A stretch of 64,000 nucleotides of DNA. Origin: Octopus sinensis. Its lineage: Eukaryota. The notes below the pieces were generated by a model that had not been told where the DNA came from, made no database searches, and was given only the letters and a program-made list of their open reading frames with translations. The position numbers and the translations under genes are program-made. Positions 50,977 to 64,000 of this stretch are shown here, piece by piece. The stretch spans positions 50,406,001 to 50,470,000 of the forward strand of contig NC_043015.1 of NCBI RefSeq assembly GCF_006345805.1, read 5' to 3'. How positions within the stretch are numbered: position 1 is the stretch's first letter; each line of letters starts with the position of its first letter.

Positions 50977-52719
50977 ATATGTCTCTGTGTGTCCCCCAAC
51001 ATCGCTTGACAACCAATGCTGGTGTGTTTACGTTCCCATAACTTAGCAGATCGGGAAAAGAAACCGATAGAATAAGTACTAGGCTTGCTCAACTAAAGGC
51101 GGTGATCTAGCATGGCCACAGTCAAATGACTGAAACAAGTAAAAGAGTATATACATATATATATATGGTGTTAGGAAGGGCATCCAGCTGTAGAAACCAT
51201 GCCAAATCAGACTGGAGTTTGGTGCAGCTCCCTAGACTGTCAGCTCTGGTCAAACCATCCAGCCCATACCAGTATGGACAACAAATGTTAGAGATGATGA
51301 TGATGATGATGATGATGTGTGTGTGTGTGTGTCTTTGTGTCTGTGTTTGTGCCCGCATCATCGCTTCACAACCATTGTTGGTGTGTTTACATCCCTGTAA
51401 CTTAGCAGTTCAGCAAAAGAGACCAATAGAATAAGTACCAGGTTTACAATAAGGGAAGTTGAGTAAATAGAAAGAAGTCTATTTGCAGACTGGCTCAGTA
51501 GGTTGTCCGCTAATGAGCACCACCAGTGTATTCATTTCTGTTGCAAACAGAACAATCACAGCAGGTACAGGCTAGAATCTTCCGATAACGATTTTGCGTA
51601 TATATAATAATTTTAACTACTACTTGTTGCAGTTGTTAGACTGCGGCCATGCTGGAGCACTCCCTTGAAGGATTTTTAGTCAAATGAATCGATACCCCCA
51701 CCCCCAACTCCAGTATTTATTTATTTGTTTATTTATTTTTTTTTAGCTTGGTGCTTATTCTATCAGTTTCTTTCACTGAACTGCTAAATTATGGGGATGT
51801 AAACATACCAACATCGGTTGTCAAATGGTGGTAGTATACACATACACACACACACACACAAACATACATACATACACACACACACACACAAACATACACA
51901 CACACACACACACACAAACATACATACACACACACACACACACAAGCAAATCGACCCCAGGACTTATTCTTTGTAAGCCTAGTACTTATTCCATGGGTCT
52001 CTTTCACCGAACCGCTAAGTTATGGGGATGTAAACAAACCAACACCGGCTGTCAAACAGTGGAAGGGGACAAACAGTCACAAAGACACACACACACACAT
52101 AAATATATAACATCCTCATCATTATCATCATCATCATCTAACATCTATTTTTCCATGCTGGCATGGGTTGGACAGTTTGACAGGAGCTGACCGTCTGAAG
52201 GGCTGTTCAGGGTCTAATGTCTGTTTTGGTATGGTTTCTTCAGCTGGATGCCCTTCCTAATGCCAACCACTAAACAGAGTGTACTGGGTGCTTTTACATG
52301 GTACTGGCCCTTTTTTGATGGCACCAGCACCCACAAGATTAGGATTGCTCAGCTGAAGAGGGATGCAGGGGACATGACTATATGGAAGGACAACCATAAT
52401 TTTATTTAGCTTCACATGTTTTCTTCTCATGTACAACAAACCATCAGGAATCTTGGTCCCTTGTCAACTCTCTACGAAGCCCACCATCAAAAGATCCTTT
52501 CTCCCCACTTCATCTGTCTTCCTCGGTCTATCCCTTCTAAATGTTCCCTCCACAACAGACTTTTTTCAGTTTCCGTCAACCAAATCCACTCACAAGGCTT
52601 TGGTCGACCCAAAGCTACAGTAGAAGACACTTGCCCAAGGTGCCACACAGTGGAACTGAACCTGGAACTATGTGGTTGGGAAGCAAGTTTCTTACCACAC
52701 AACCATGCCAGCACTTATA

Positions 52720-52802
<83 letters not shown>

Positions 52803-53324
52803 TCATCATCATCATCATTTAATGTCCATTATCCATGCTGCATGGGTTGAATGGTTTGACTTGGCTGGTACACTGGAAGGCTGCACAAGACTCCAGTCTG
52901 ATTTGGCATGGTTTTCTATGGCTGGATGCCCTTCCTAATGCCAACCACCCCAAGAGTGTAATGGGTACCATTTGAGTGACACTAGGGTGCATTTATGTGC
53001 CACGAGCATGGGTGCCAAATTGTGTGACACCGGTACCTGCCAAAAAAAAGAAAATGGAGATTGGGAAGTTAATAATTGTTTATTATCAACAGCAATTTAA
53101 TCATCTTCCCTTACAGCTGTTTCAATCAATACTCAGTAAATATTTAGCAAATATCAAATTTATATGACCTGAGTATAATATCTTCAGAGGGAAAAGAAAT
53201 ATACCCTTGGATATTTTATGTGTTAATAGATTCATTATAGCAGATTGAATACACACACACACAGACACACATATAGCCATGTTACACACTTAAGTATATA
53301 TATATATCAATGACAATCCTTTAA

Positions 53325-53633
53325 CAGTGGTTCTAAAAGTAGTTGGTACTGCCCCCTCTAAGGGTGACAGAAAGATCAAGAGGAGTATTGAAGATAAGTG
53401 GGGCAATAACAGGGTGGCCAAAAGGGGGCAATGGCTATCTCCCCCCTCACCCCACCAAACGTAAAAGTAATGGGTTTATTAGGTTAAGTTTTATTTGTGA
53501 AATACTGTTATGTTCTGAATTTGCTGCAGAAAGGGGTCTACGTTTTTAGTGCTGAGTGGTGTGGTGGGTAGGTGTTTGGAATGTGGCTTGAGGCCCAAAG
53601 AGGCAGGAGTCCATAAAAGTTTAGGAACCACTG
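53325..53633. mobile_element. hAT-Charlie-like MITE
   Basis: TIRs CAGTGGTTCTAAAAGT / AAGTTTAGGAACCACTG, with CTTTAA(CA) on both flanks consistent with a TA-centred 8-bp TSD. Confidence 0.7.
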
Positions 53634-54219
53634 CTTTAACACACACATCACAATATTTCTAAGAAAATGTCACAGATGATCACATTTTTAGTTATGGTCT
53701 ACAATTCACCATTATATTGCCGCCAATCATGTTTATACAATTTCGGAACCCAGAGTTACCGTTTTTTTTTCTTTCTTTTATTCTACTTGTCATTTGATGA
53801 CAATGGTAGCGCTCATGGTGATAACGATGATGATGGTGAGGAGGAGGAGGAAAAGGATGACGACGATGACAATGGTTGTACTGACATGCAATCAAAGACA
53901 TTCCAGTCATGACACGACCATTTTTTTTCAAACCATAATGTATCAAGGACTGCATTAATCTATCTGTTCGTTATTTCTGAGATGGGGAAAGTAAGGTTCG
54001 TGGGAGATTTTGGTTGTTGGGCGACAATGATGATGATGACGATGATGATGATAATGGACGATGATGCAGATGATGTGGATGACAATGATGATGATGATGG
54101 TGGTGGTGGTAATGTGCGTAGAAACCTAAATTCATGTCTACATACTTTACAAGCTGTCATGGCAGGAAAATTAAATAAATCGAGTAACCATTTGTCTTTT
54201 ACGCATATTTGTGTCACTT

Positions 54220-55745
54220 TGTGTGTGTAGTGTGTGTGTGTGCGTGTGTGTGTGTGTGTGTGGTGTGTGTGGTGTGTGTGTGTTTGTGTGTAGTGTGTGT
54301 ATATAGATGTGTGTCACTGAGTTTGTGTGTGCGTGCTTGTGTGTGTGCACGTGTGTGTGCATGCGTATGTGAGTGTGTGTGTGTGAATGTGTGTGTGTGT
54401 ATGTGAATGCGTGAATGTGTGTGAGTGTGTGAATGTGTGTGCGACTGTATGAGTGTGAATGTGTGCATGTGTAAATGTATGAGCACGTGAATATGTGTGT
54501 GAATGTGTGCATGTATGTGTGAATGCACGAGTGTGTGTGCATGTGTGTGTGAATGTGTGTATGTATGCATGAATGTACAAGTGTGTGTGTGAGTGTGTGC
54601 TTGTGCATATGTGTGTGAATGTGTGCATGTATGTGTGAATGCATGAGTGTGTGTGTGTGTGCATGTGCATGTGTGTGTGAATGTGTGCATGTATGCGTGA
54701 ATGCATGAGTGTGTGTGTGTGCATGCATGTGTGTGCTTGTGTGTGTCTCAGTTTGTGTGTGTGAATGTATACATACATGTGTGTGTATATATGGGTGTAT
54801 GTTTATATATGTGTGTGAATGTGTGTATTTAAAGACGTCTAACCATGTACAATGAAATCGTGGATGGATGAGTATACCTCTGCACGTTAGGTGCATGTGT
54901 CCCTGGGTGTTTGTATTTATCTGTGTATATATGTGTGTATGTGTGAGAGAGAGTATGTGTATCCATGTGAGTTTCTGTTAATATCTGTTAATGTATGCGT
55001 ACGTATGTGACTGCACATGTGTGCATATATATCTGCATGTGTGTGTATATACATGAATGCATAGGTGTATCTATGTATCTATGAGCACATGTGTGTCAGG
55101 AATGTGTCAACAGACATACATACACTCTTGTGTATGAAAAGTGTACAGGCATACGCGCGTGTACGTACATGAATATGTATATGTCTGTGTCTGTAAGTGT
55201 GTATGCGTATGTACTTTCATGTATGAAAGTATGCACATGTGAGTGTGTGTGTGTGTGTCTATTAGTAGATTAGTATATATGTGCGTGTGTGTGTGTGTGT
55301 GTGTGCCTATAAGCATGTTTGTGTGTGTCTCCATGAGTAGATTAGTATTTGCAGATGTGTGTGCGTGCGTGTGTCTGTGTGTGTATTTTTATGTGTGTGT
55401 CTCTTTGAGTAGGTTAGTACTTGCATGCGTATGTGTGCCTATAAGCATGTGTGTGTGTGTGTGTGTGCGCGTGTGTGTATCTCTATGAGTAGATTAGTAT
55501 TTGCAGACGTGTGTGTGTGTATTTTTTTTGTGTGTGTGTGTGTGCATGCGTGTATGTGCACATACGTGTTTGTGTGGTGTGTGTGTGGTGTGTGTGTGTC
55601 TCTGAGTAGGTTAGTACTTGCATGTGTATGTGGACCTATAAGCATGTGTGTGTGTGTTCATGTGAGTCTACGAGTAGATTAGTACTTGCAGACGTGTGTA
55701 TGTGTGCCTATAAGCATGTGTGTGTGTGTGTGTGTGTGTGTGTGC
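54220..55745. repeat. Long (TG)n-derived tract; the 3' part is a ~70-bp compound minisatellite
   Basis: TG/GAAT/GCAT repeats, with the GAGTAG(A/G)TTAGTA(T/C)TTGCA cassette repeated about 6 times at 55255-55745. Confidence 0.95.
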
Positions 55746-56227
55746 CGAAGACGGAAAAAATGGCTCTAATGTATGTGTACATGCAAGCAGTACTGCAACG
55801 GCATAATTCTCCAATTTTTTTTTAACATGATTTCATCAAACAGAGACAAAGAAAAAAAAAAAAGGAAAAAAGAAAAAAAATTCTTCAAAAATACCTAACA
55901 AAAAAAAAGTGCAGCAACAAAAATAAAAACCAAAAAAGATAATAACATTAAAAAAAAAACTGAGAAGAAATAAAGCAGAAGAGACAAAAAAAAACCCATA
56001 ACATCTCGAAAACAATCAGAATTGGTAAACAAAAAAGATCTGTGGAATCATAGTGTGGATTCCAAAAAGTCTGTATGGTTTTGTTCCTGGCATTCTTATG
56101 GTGAATCTTTCTGGCATTTCTTGTTTGATGTCTTAATCTTTTTGTTCTTAAATCTTCGATTTTTGACAGGTTGAACAAGGACTAAGGAAGGAAACGGTGA
56201 GAAAGTCTGCGAGGGAAGACGGCACAG

Positions 56228-56560
<333 letters not shown>

Positions 56561-56760
56561 AATGATATTGCAAAGGAACTATGAAAGCAAAAAGAACGAC
56601 GATGGAAGAAGCAAGAGGAGTAAGGAGCAGGAAGAGGAAGAGAACAAAGTAGACGGCAAAGAGAGGTGAAGAGGAAGATGAAATTGTAAGATTGGCGTTT
56701 GTAAGAGAGATAACTATAAAACGCAATATGTGTGTGTGTGTGTATGTGCAGGTGTGTATA

Positions 56761-56819
<59 letters not shown>

Positions 56820-56956
56820 ATATGTGTGTGTGTGTATATATCTATTTATTTATTGATGAATTTTAAGGAGCTTATCTAAGATTTTTTCATAAAGAAATAT
56901 ATGAAACAAAATTGTTATCAGTGTTGTGGCTATTTTATATACAGGATACTTTATAC

Positions 56957-57010
<54 letters not shown>

Positions 57011-57013
<3 letters not shown>

Positions 57014-57114
57014 AGAATTCACAAAAAAACAAAAGACGAAGACAGGTGGTGTAGACAACAAACAGATGTATTAGTTTAACACTCAGGAAGTGAAAAAGTC
57101 TTTAACATTTCGAG
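57011..57114 (-). mobile_element. Partial inverted copy of the 1376-1521 repeat
   Basis: The reverse complement CTCGAAATGTTAAAGACTTTTTC...GTCTTCGTCTTTTG...TCTCCC matches 1414-1521. Confidence 0.85.
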
Positions 57115-57132
57115 ATATATATATATATATAT

Positions 57133-57367
57133 CAGAGTAAGCACATAAATGTAAAATACGGTGGAAAAAAATAGTACTCAAATACCAGAAGTAGAGTAAT
57201 ATGCTTTATTAAAAAGCAGCAAAAATACCACAAAAACTGTTATTCAAAGTTTCATTTTCCCGCCTGTTGGACAGTTTTGTTTAGAAACACAACTGTCTAA
57301 TGAACAGGAACGTGAAACTCTGAGTAACAGTTTTTGTGCTATTTTTGCTGCTTTTAAATAAAGTATA
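57133..57367. mobile_element. Palindromic (foldback) element, ~77-bp arms, probable Penelope-like inverted pLTR
   Basis: 57200-57276 and 57291-57367 are imperfect inverted repeats around a 14-nt spacer. A homologue lies at 43356-43469. Confidence 0.75.
57291..57332 (+). ncRNA. Decayed type-I minimal hammerhead ribozyme motif
   Basis: AACTGT-CTAATGA-ACA(GGAA)CGT-GAAA-CTC(T)GAG-TA-ACAGTT gives a 6-bp stem I, a CUGANGA-like core (G5A), a GNRA-capped stem II, GAAA, a palindromic stem III and a GUA cleavage triplet. Confidence 0.6.
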
Positions 57368-58009
57368 AACAGTTGTCTGTTTTGGCATGGTTTCTGTGGT
57401 TGGATGCCCTTCCTAACACCGACCACTTCACAGAGTGTACTGGGTGCTTTGTAGGTGGCATCAGCACTGGTGCTTTTTATATGGCACCAACACCAGTGGT
57501 GCCATACAAAAACACCAGAGGGGGGGATATGTATGTGTGTGTGTCTATATATGTGTGTGTGTATGTATGTGTGTGTGTGTGTATGTGTATGTATGTATGT
57601 GTGTGTGTATATGTGTGTGTATGTATGTGTGTGTATGTATGTGTGTGTATGTATGTGTGTGTATGTGTGTGTATATATGTGTGTGTATGTATGTGTGTGT
57701 ATGTGTGTATGTATGTGTGTATGTATGTGTGTATGTATATGCAGAGACATGGCACTGTCATAAGAAGCTCATATATGTGTGTGTGTGTGTGTGCGTGTGT
57801 GCATGTGAGAGAGAGAGAGAGTATGCAAGGGCTGGACAAAATAAGGGAAACAACACTTTTGATTTAACCATTTTCCTTTCTGTTCGCAATATGACAAATT
57901 CAAAACTGATCTTGTCAGTATATTTGTATTCAAATGCATTATACCTTGTATTTTATATCACCATCTGTTTTTTCTTTTCTTGAAGAAATTTGTATTTATA
58001 TGAGTTAAA

Positions 58010-59125
58010 ATAAGTTATCTCATTTTCTAAGTGGACAAACCATTAATGTGGAAGACTGGATGCTTTGGCCATTAAAACTGCTGAGCTGTACAATATTTTG
58101 ATAGATAAACATCTTTGAAATCATTGGAATTATGAAATGAAAGTAAGAACAGCTCTGGCAAGCATTATTCTGGATGGAAAGTAAAGCTCATAGAGAGGCA
58201 TCACAGAATAGCAAAATGTATTGTGTCTAAAAGCTATCAAACTCTGGCAGCAATTCTGACAGCAGAACAGAGCTAAACCATGACATGGCCAACAACGTGT
58301 CAAGCAAAACCATTCCACATGAGCCTCGTAAAGCTGGACACCAAGGAAGGGCTGTCATTGGTAAGCCTCTCCTGTCACTCATCAACATAGATAAGCAGAG
58401 AAAAAAGAAATGTCTTGTGTCTTAGAAGTTGTCAATAGCTTAATAGAATGATATAATTTTCTCTGTTGATTCATCATTCACCGTTTTTCCTTCATTGGGG
58501 CAAGTATATGTCTGGGGATTGCCCCAAAATGCTTTCAACCCTGTCTGTTTGGCCCCTACCATGAAACATGAGGGTGGTTCTGTGATGATTCGGGTAGTAA
58601 ATTCATTACACAAAGTGCCTACAAAATTCTGTAGACCCTTTAGTTGGTCTAATTAACACCAAGGATTATCTGAGTATTTTGGCTGATCCTGTCCATTGTA
58701 TGATACAAACATTTTTCCTCGATGTGAGCGCAATATTCCAGAACGATAATAAACCATCTCATACTGCTAATGTTATTGAAACTCGATATGAAGAGGCCAA
58801 CAGTGAAGTAGATCACTTTGACTGCCCCCTGCCCCGCTGCCTCAATCATTGGGGTCTCAATATAATCAAACATTTACGTTGTATTTTGGAGCAGCAGGTG
58901 AGAGGAGCTTTTTCCATTCGTCATCATCATCGTTGAAAAAGATGAAGCAAAAGCAGGTTTTACAGGAAGAATGGCTTGAAATTCCTCTAACAACCATTTT
59001 GAACCTGTACAAGTCAATTCCTCATTGTAGCAAAGCTGTGATTGATGTGAAAAATGAACCGACTCCGTATTAAACAATAGAATTCTCATTTAACAAGGTG
59101 TTTCCATCATTTTGTCCAACACCTG
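58010..59125 (+). mobile_element. Decayed Tc1 (DD34E-type) element
   Basis: KAGHQGRAVIGKPLLS..IIFSVDSSFTVFP..MKHEGGSVMI..IFQNDNKPSHTA..LNIIKHL..LQEEWLEIP..NLYKSIP..EPTPY. A right TIR-like end ...TTTCCATCATTTTGTCCAACACCTG is present; the left TIR was not found. Confidence 0.9.
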
Positions 59126-59859
59126 TGTATGTATACACACACACACACACATATACACATGTATGCACAGATGCATGCACACACACACACACACAAATAC
59201 TGTTGTCCATCAGTTTACGCAGTTAATTGGCTCTACGAGTTGCCATGCAAATTGAAATATTGGAAATCAAGGTAGATACATTTTTAATGACAGCAGCAAC
59301 AACAAAAATCAAAATATCAAAAGAAAACACACAAATAAAATTTAAATAATCATTCAATTTGGCATAAAAACACACTTTCCGTGTGTATGTATGTGTGTGT
59401 GCGTGGGTGTGTTTGCACATGTGTGTGTGTGTGTGTGTGCATGTTGTTTGTTTATGTATGTGGGTATGTTTGACTTTATTCCTGTTTATGTTTATGCCAG
59501 TATCAGAAGTGTTGCTGTTTACATTGTGTCATTATCTTGCGTAAATTAGTGGTTTCAAAGAAGTCACTTAATGCATTACATCATAATAATAAAGTAATGT
59601 GATGTGATGTGATCTTTAGATGCTCTCAGCTCACTAATTGTATATTTTTTTTTTGGCTCTGATCTTGATATAACAGTTTTGATATTTCTTTTTAAACAAA
59701 TCAAAACAAAACTGTTCATTTGAACCGGCTGAAATCCATATATGCATACACACACCTACAAGCTATTCAGGCAAAATTTGATGATTCTTTATTTCTTCTG
59801 TTTTTTTTCAGAAGCAGCTGAATGTATTACTGAGTACAGTAAGTGGCGTTAAGGAGCAT

Positions 59860-60520
59860 AAAGATTGAAGTTGTAGCTGAGAAAAAACTTAGCTGACATG
59901 GAGGACTGGAAAGCATTTGAATATTGGAAAAGAGTTATCCGTATCATGATGGTTCATGCCATTTGGCAAAATGCAGACATCATAATTGCCGTTCAGTGCT
60001 CCGTGAACACTTTAAAGCCTGTAAGACATGCTGTGGATGGCTGCAATGGAGACTACAAAGCCGTGGTGAGTAGCAACGGATGCAGTAGGCATTCTGTATC
60101 AACACACGGCATCCACACTTCTTTGAACAGGGCCTAAAGCTTAATACAGATGGCTATGTGAAGCTGATGGAGATTGTGGTCAAATCCTGGCTGGAGAGGG
60201 TCGCTAATGGAATGCCATATGTGGCGGAAGAATTCACCTCCAACCCATGTTTACGGAAAGAGTCAGAAGTGGTTGACTTTACCCAGCACCAATTTCTAGC
60301 TTCCTAAATCCCTTAATTCTAATCCCATTGATTACTATGTGTGGGGCATGGTTGAGAAAGACACCAACACTCAGCCTGCAACACCAAGGCCAGGCCGATG
60401 GCCAAGATCAAGGAGATATTCAAAACTCTTCACAGAGCCACAGTGAGGAAGGAATGTGCTGGGTTCCAGAGCTGTCTTGAGGCCATGGTGCAAGCTGAGA
60501 GCAGCTACTTAGAGTAAATT
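59860..60520 (+). mobile_element. Second maT/DD37D-like transposase relic
   Basis: NGDYK (shared with 47180), LNTDGYVKLMEIVVKSWLERVANG, NPIDYYVWGMVEK, LEAMVQAE. Confidence 0.8.
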
Positions 60521-60599
60521 GTTGTCTCCCAGCCATAATTTAGTTGATATTTTTTTAATTATTCTACCAGTCTCTTTTGCTGAATCATTAAATTGTGTA

Positions 60600-60660
60600 A
60601 ATGTAAAAACACCAGCATTGGTTGTCAAGTGATGTTGGGGAGACAAACAAAGACACACAA

Positions 60661-60724
<64 letters not shown>

Positions 60725-60875
60725 TGGGCTTCTTTCAGTTTCCATCTACCAAATCCACTCCCAAGGCTTTGGTCGGCTTGAGGCTATAGTAGAAGACACT
60801 TGCCCAAGGTGCCACGCAATGGGACTGAACTTGGAACCATCTGGTTGGCAAGCTAGCTACTTACCACACAGCCAA
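60600..60875 (-). mobile_element. SINE family A (3'-truncated)
   Basis: Reverse-complement homology to 5071-5340. Confidence 0.85.
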
Positions 60876-62089
60876 TATATATATATATGTATATATATAT
60901 GTGTGTGTGCATGTGTGTATATATATATATACACACACACATGCATACATACAACCCCCACACCCACACACATATAGATAGATATATTGATGACAAAATA
61001 TCAACAACCAGGTGTATGAATATGTAATATGTAATCATACATATACAATATTTTTATTTTGTAATCAGAATATAAGCAAATACACCAGTGTGTGTGTGTG
61101 TGAGTGTGTGTGTGTGTGAGTGTGTGCGTGTGTGTGTGTGTGTATGGGTGTGTTAATGCGTATATTGATTCTACCTTGGTGGAATTATATTAGTCCCACC
61201 ATATGACATGTGATCTCACATTAAATCACTGCCAAAACCAGTGCAATATAACAATGCATACGAGTGTGTGTGTGTGTGTGTATGTATGTGTGAATATGTG
61301 TAATTAGAAAAAAATAAATGAAATGTTAATATCTTTCCTTTGTAGCAATCATCCATAAATAAAATCTATTTCAGATAATGTGTGTGTGTGTGTGGTGTGT
61401 GTGTGTGTGTGTGTGTGTGAACGAGAGTGTGAATGTGTATACGTATATGTATGTATATACATGTACGTATGTAGATACATTTGCAGTCATCCACCATTAA
61501 TATAGCCACAGATTTTAATAACATTTTACACTGACAAGGCTGCTGCTGCTGCTGCTGATGATGATAATGATGATGCCAATGGTGATGAGAATAGGTCAGG
61601 TGGCGGTGGTGATGATGATGATTATGTTGTTGGCTGTTGTTTCAGCTCTTGATCTCAGCTCTTGATCTCAGCTCTTGATCGAGCAAGTCTGGCCTATGAT
61701 GAAAGACATTCTGGCTGTCACTACATAGTCTTTCTCCCAGGTGCTATGCAGCTAAGATTACATTATCTGAAGTGTTTCTTTTCAAAATAGTAGGACGTAA
61801 TTTAAAGGAAATCTAGCTGCTATTTCTAGCAGAAATCCAGGACCCTATCTATCTGGGTTTTGTATTGGCACAAGAAGAAAAAAAAGCAGAGGAAAAGATG
61901 AATTTGAGTACAATTTTCATGTTTTTATGGAGTGAAAGAAAAGGGGAGCTACTGACGTTTTAGACAGTTGTACTTCATCAAAATAAATAGAAGGAAGAAT
62001 TGGTGGATTGTGGAGGATTGTACAAAGAAAAAAAAAGGAAATGTGTGTTAATGGAAGAGGTAGAATGGTAATTAACGGTAGAAAAACTG

Positions 62090-62505
62090 GCACTTGGTTG
62101 GTTGTGATGATGAGGGTTCCAGCTGATTTGATCAACAGAACAGCCTGCTCATGAAATTAACGTGCAAGTGGCTGAGAACTCCACAGACATGTATACCCTT
62201 AATGTAGTTCTCAGGGAGATTCAGTGTGACAGAGAGTGTGACAAGGCTGGCCCCTTTGAATTACAGGATCAAAGGCAAAGTTGGGGTTTGAACTCAGAAC
62301 CTTAAGATGGATGAAATGCCGCTAAGAATCTTGTCTTGTATGCTGACAATTCTGAACAACTTTGGATTACAGGTACAACTCATTTTAAGTAGACTGAAGC
62401 AATGAGAAATAAAGTGTCTTGCTCAAGGACACAATATACTGCCAGGGATTGAACCCATGACATTGTGATTGCATGTGGAATTCCTTTACCACCAAGCCAT
62501 GGTAG
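62090..62505 (-). mobile_element. CORE-like SINE with a nested family B fragment (62270-62365)
   Basis: The minus strand reads GGTTCAATCCC (B box) ... GTGTCCTTGAGCAAGACACTTT, and is interrupted by a GGCAAAG..GAACTCAGAAC B segment. Confidence 0.65.
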
Positions 62506-63487
62506 AAAAGAAGCAAGCAAATGCAAGTGGTTTTTAACATGTGTAAGTAAGGGAACGATGTAATGATGGACATAAAACGGTAAGGATTACACAGTAAATG
62601 GAAAGGATATAATGGTAATAACATGGGTGGTGATGTTGACAGTGTTGGGTTGGTATGAGTTGAAGGACTGCAGCTATTATTTCTGGCAGGTCAAATAACA
62701 GCACCTTCATTAGCACATGATGGTAATGTTGATGATGTTGATGCTGGTAAAGGTGATAATGTGTTAGAGCTAGTGGTGGTGGTGGTGGTGGTGGTTATGA
62801 TATCAGTTCTGATAATGCCGATGATAGCAGTGTTAACAATGATGATGATGATGATGATGATGGTGTTTATTGCGATGGTAATGGCAGTGAATGCAGTAAT
62901 GATGGTGGCACAAATTGAAAACATTTATGAGCAGTTGTGAAGAAGCTTAAATGTTACTCTTGATTAGAAACTGTCTCTGTTGTGTGAATTAATTACTCGG
63001 CTAATACTGATTTCGTTTACACTGAAATTATAGCACAGCAAGTGAGAGAAAATTAATTGCTAATATAAATATTTGTAGCTGTAGTTGTTCATTAGGCCCA
63101 ACTACTATGTGGACTCCAGTTATAAAACAGGCACACCAAGTTCTGGCACATTCTAAGAGATGACAAAAAGATTGGAGACAGGAGGGGCATCTGACTGTAA
63201 ACATTACCTTGGGAAAACCTGTCCAACCCAGGTCAGCATGGTAAAACGTAGCAAAAGAGAAATGATTACCATCAAGCATTGGACAAATGCTTAGCAACAT
63301 TTTGTTTGTCCTTACATTCTGGGGTCAAATTCTGCTGAGGTCGACTTTGCCTCTTATCCTTTCAGGGTCTATAAAATGAGTACTAGATGAATACTGGGGT
63401 CAATGTAATCAAGTATCCCACTCCCACCTAATTTCAGGCCTTGTTCCTATAACAGAAAGGATTATTATTATTATTATTATTATTATT

Positions 63488-64000
63488 GAGAGAGCAGTGT
63501 ATGCCAGCAAAGTGAAACTGTGGAAAAATATACGAAGCCCAGTATACCCATCATGACTACCTGTCTGATAAGGGTACACTAGGCACATGCATCACAACCA
63601 TATGTACACGACATGGTGATCTCATATCAAGATAAACAGCGCATGACCTTGCAAGTGGGGCCCAGTTAGAATTTTCTTCTGGTTGAGTAACCCATCCTGC
63701 TCAAAAGGTCCCTGAATAAGGGTTGTTTAAGGATGTTGAAAGAACCACCCATGTTTCCAGAGGTGAATTATTCAAACCCCAAAGAATCCCTCTCAACACA
63801 TGGCTATGATGCTCCCCCACTACTTCTGCTCATGATCAGAGATGCACATATCATCAGCCACTAAGGGACATGCTCAACTGGTTAAGGCCAAACAACTGAC
63901 TAGCAAATCTGTGGTATTGAGCAGAATATTTGCTGTAGTCCATCTTTTATACCAAGACAAAACAATGTACATGATAACACTTCCAATCAGTTACGATCAG
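63488..64000 (-). mobile_element. Family D retroposon (second copy, cut by the window end)
   Basis: Colinear homology to 11779-12285, with a (TTA)n tract at 63463-63487. Confidence 0.85.

Noticed and set aside
54171-54896. Long His/Thr, Ile, Tyr, Val/Gly, Lys and Ser/Leu-rich ORFs (also 7062-8213, 42151-42681, 43544-44143, 56148-56768)
   Set aside because: They are translations of microsatellites that lack stop codons in some frames.

Overview
AT-rich eukaryotic DNA that is almost entirely repetitive and looks intronic or intergenic. The tRNA-headed SINEs, RTE LINEs, Tc1/mariner relics and very dense (TA)/(TG)/(AAT)/(CAT)/(CCA) microsatellites resemble a cephalopod (octopus-like) genome; that species call is inference only. 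No intact host gene, rRNA, true tRNA or CRISPR array is supported, and most ORFs in the track are microsatellite or SINE artefacts. Supported elements are a pogo-like transposase relic (1-590), an R4/Dong-type LINE relic (3.3-4.7 kb), a nearly intact 5'-truncated RTE LINE with a PHD finger inside its reverse transcriptase (38.3-40.9 kb), two further RTE 3' ends (one with a ~2.7 kb tandem-expanded 3'UTR), a TIR-bounded mariner, two maT/DD37D-type relics, a Tc1 relic, hAT- and piggyBac-like MITEs, several SINE families and a 17-bp minisatellite. The most interesting signals are (i) a long palindrome at 57.2-57.4 kb whose two arms each encode a decayed type-I hammerhead ribozyme, with related hammerhead-like motifs elsewhere, (ii) the PHD-in-RT architecture, (iii) an RFX X-box/CCAAT/Inr cluster directly upstream of a non-repetitive minus-strand ORF at 26.7-27.2 kb, and (iv) a recent inverted plus direct templated duplication at 33.6-34.4 kb beside a candidate 15-nt microexon.
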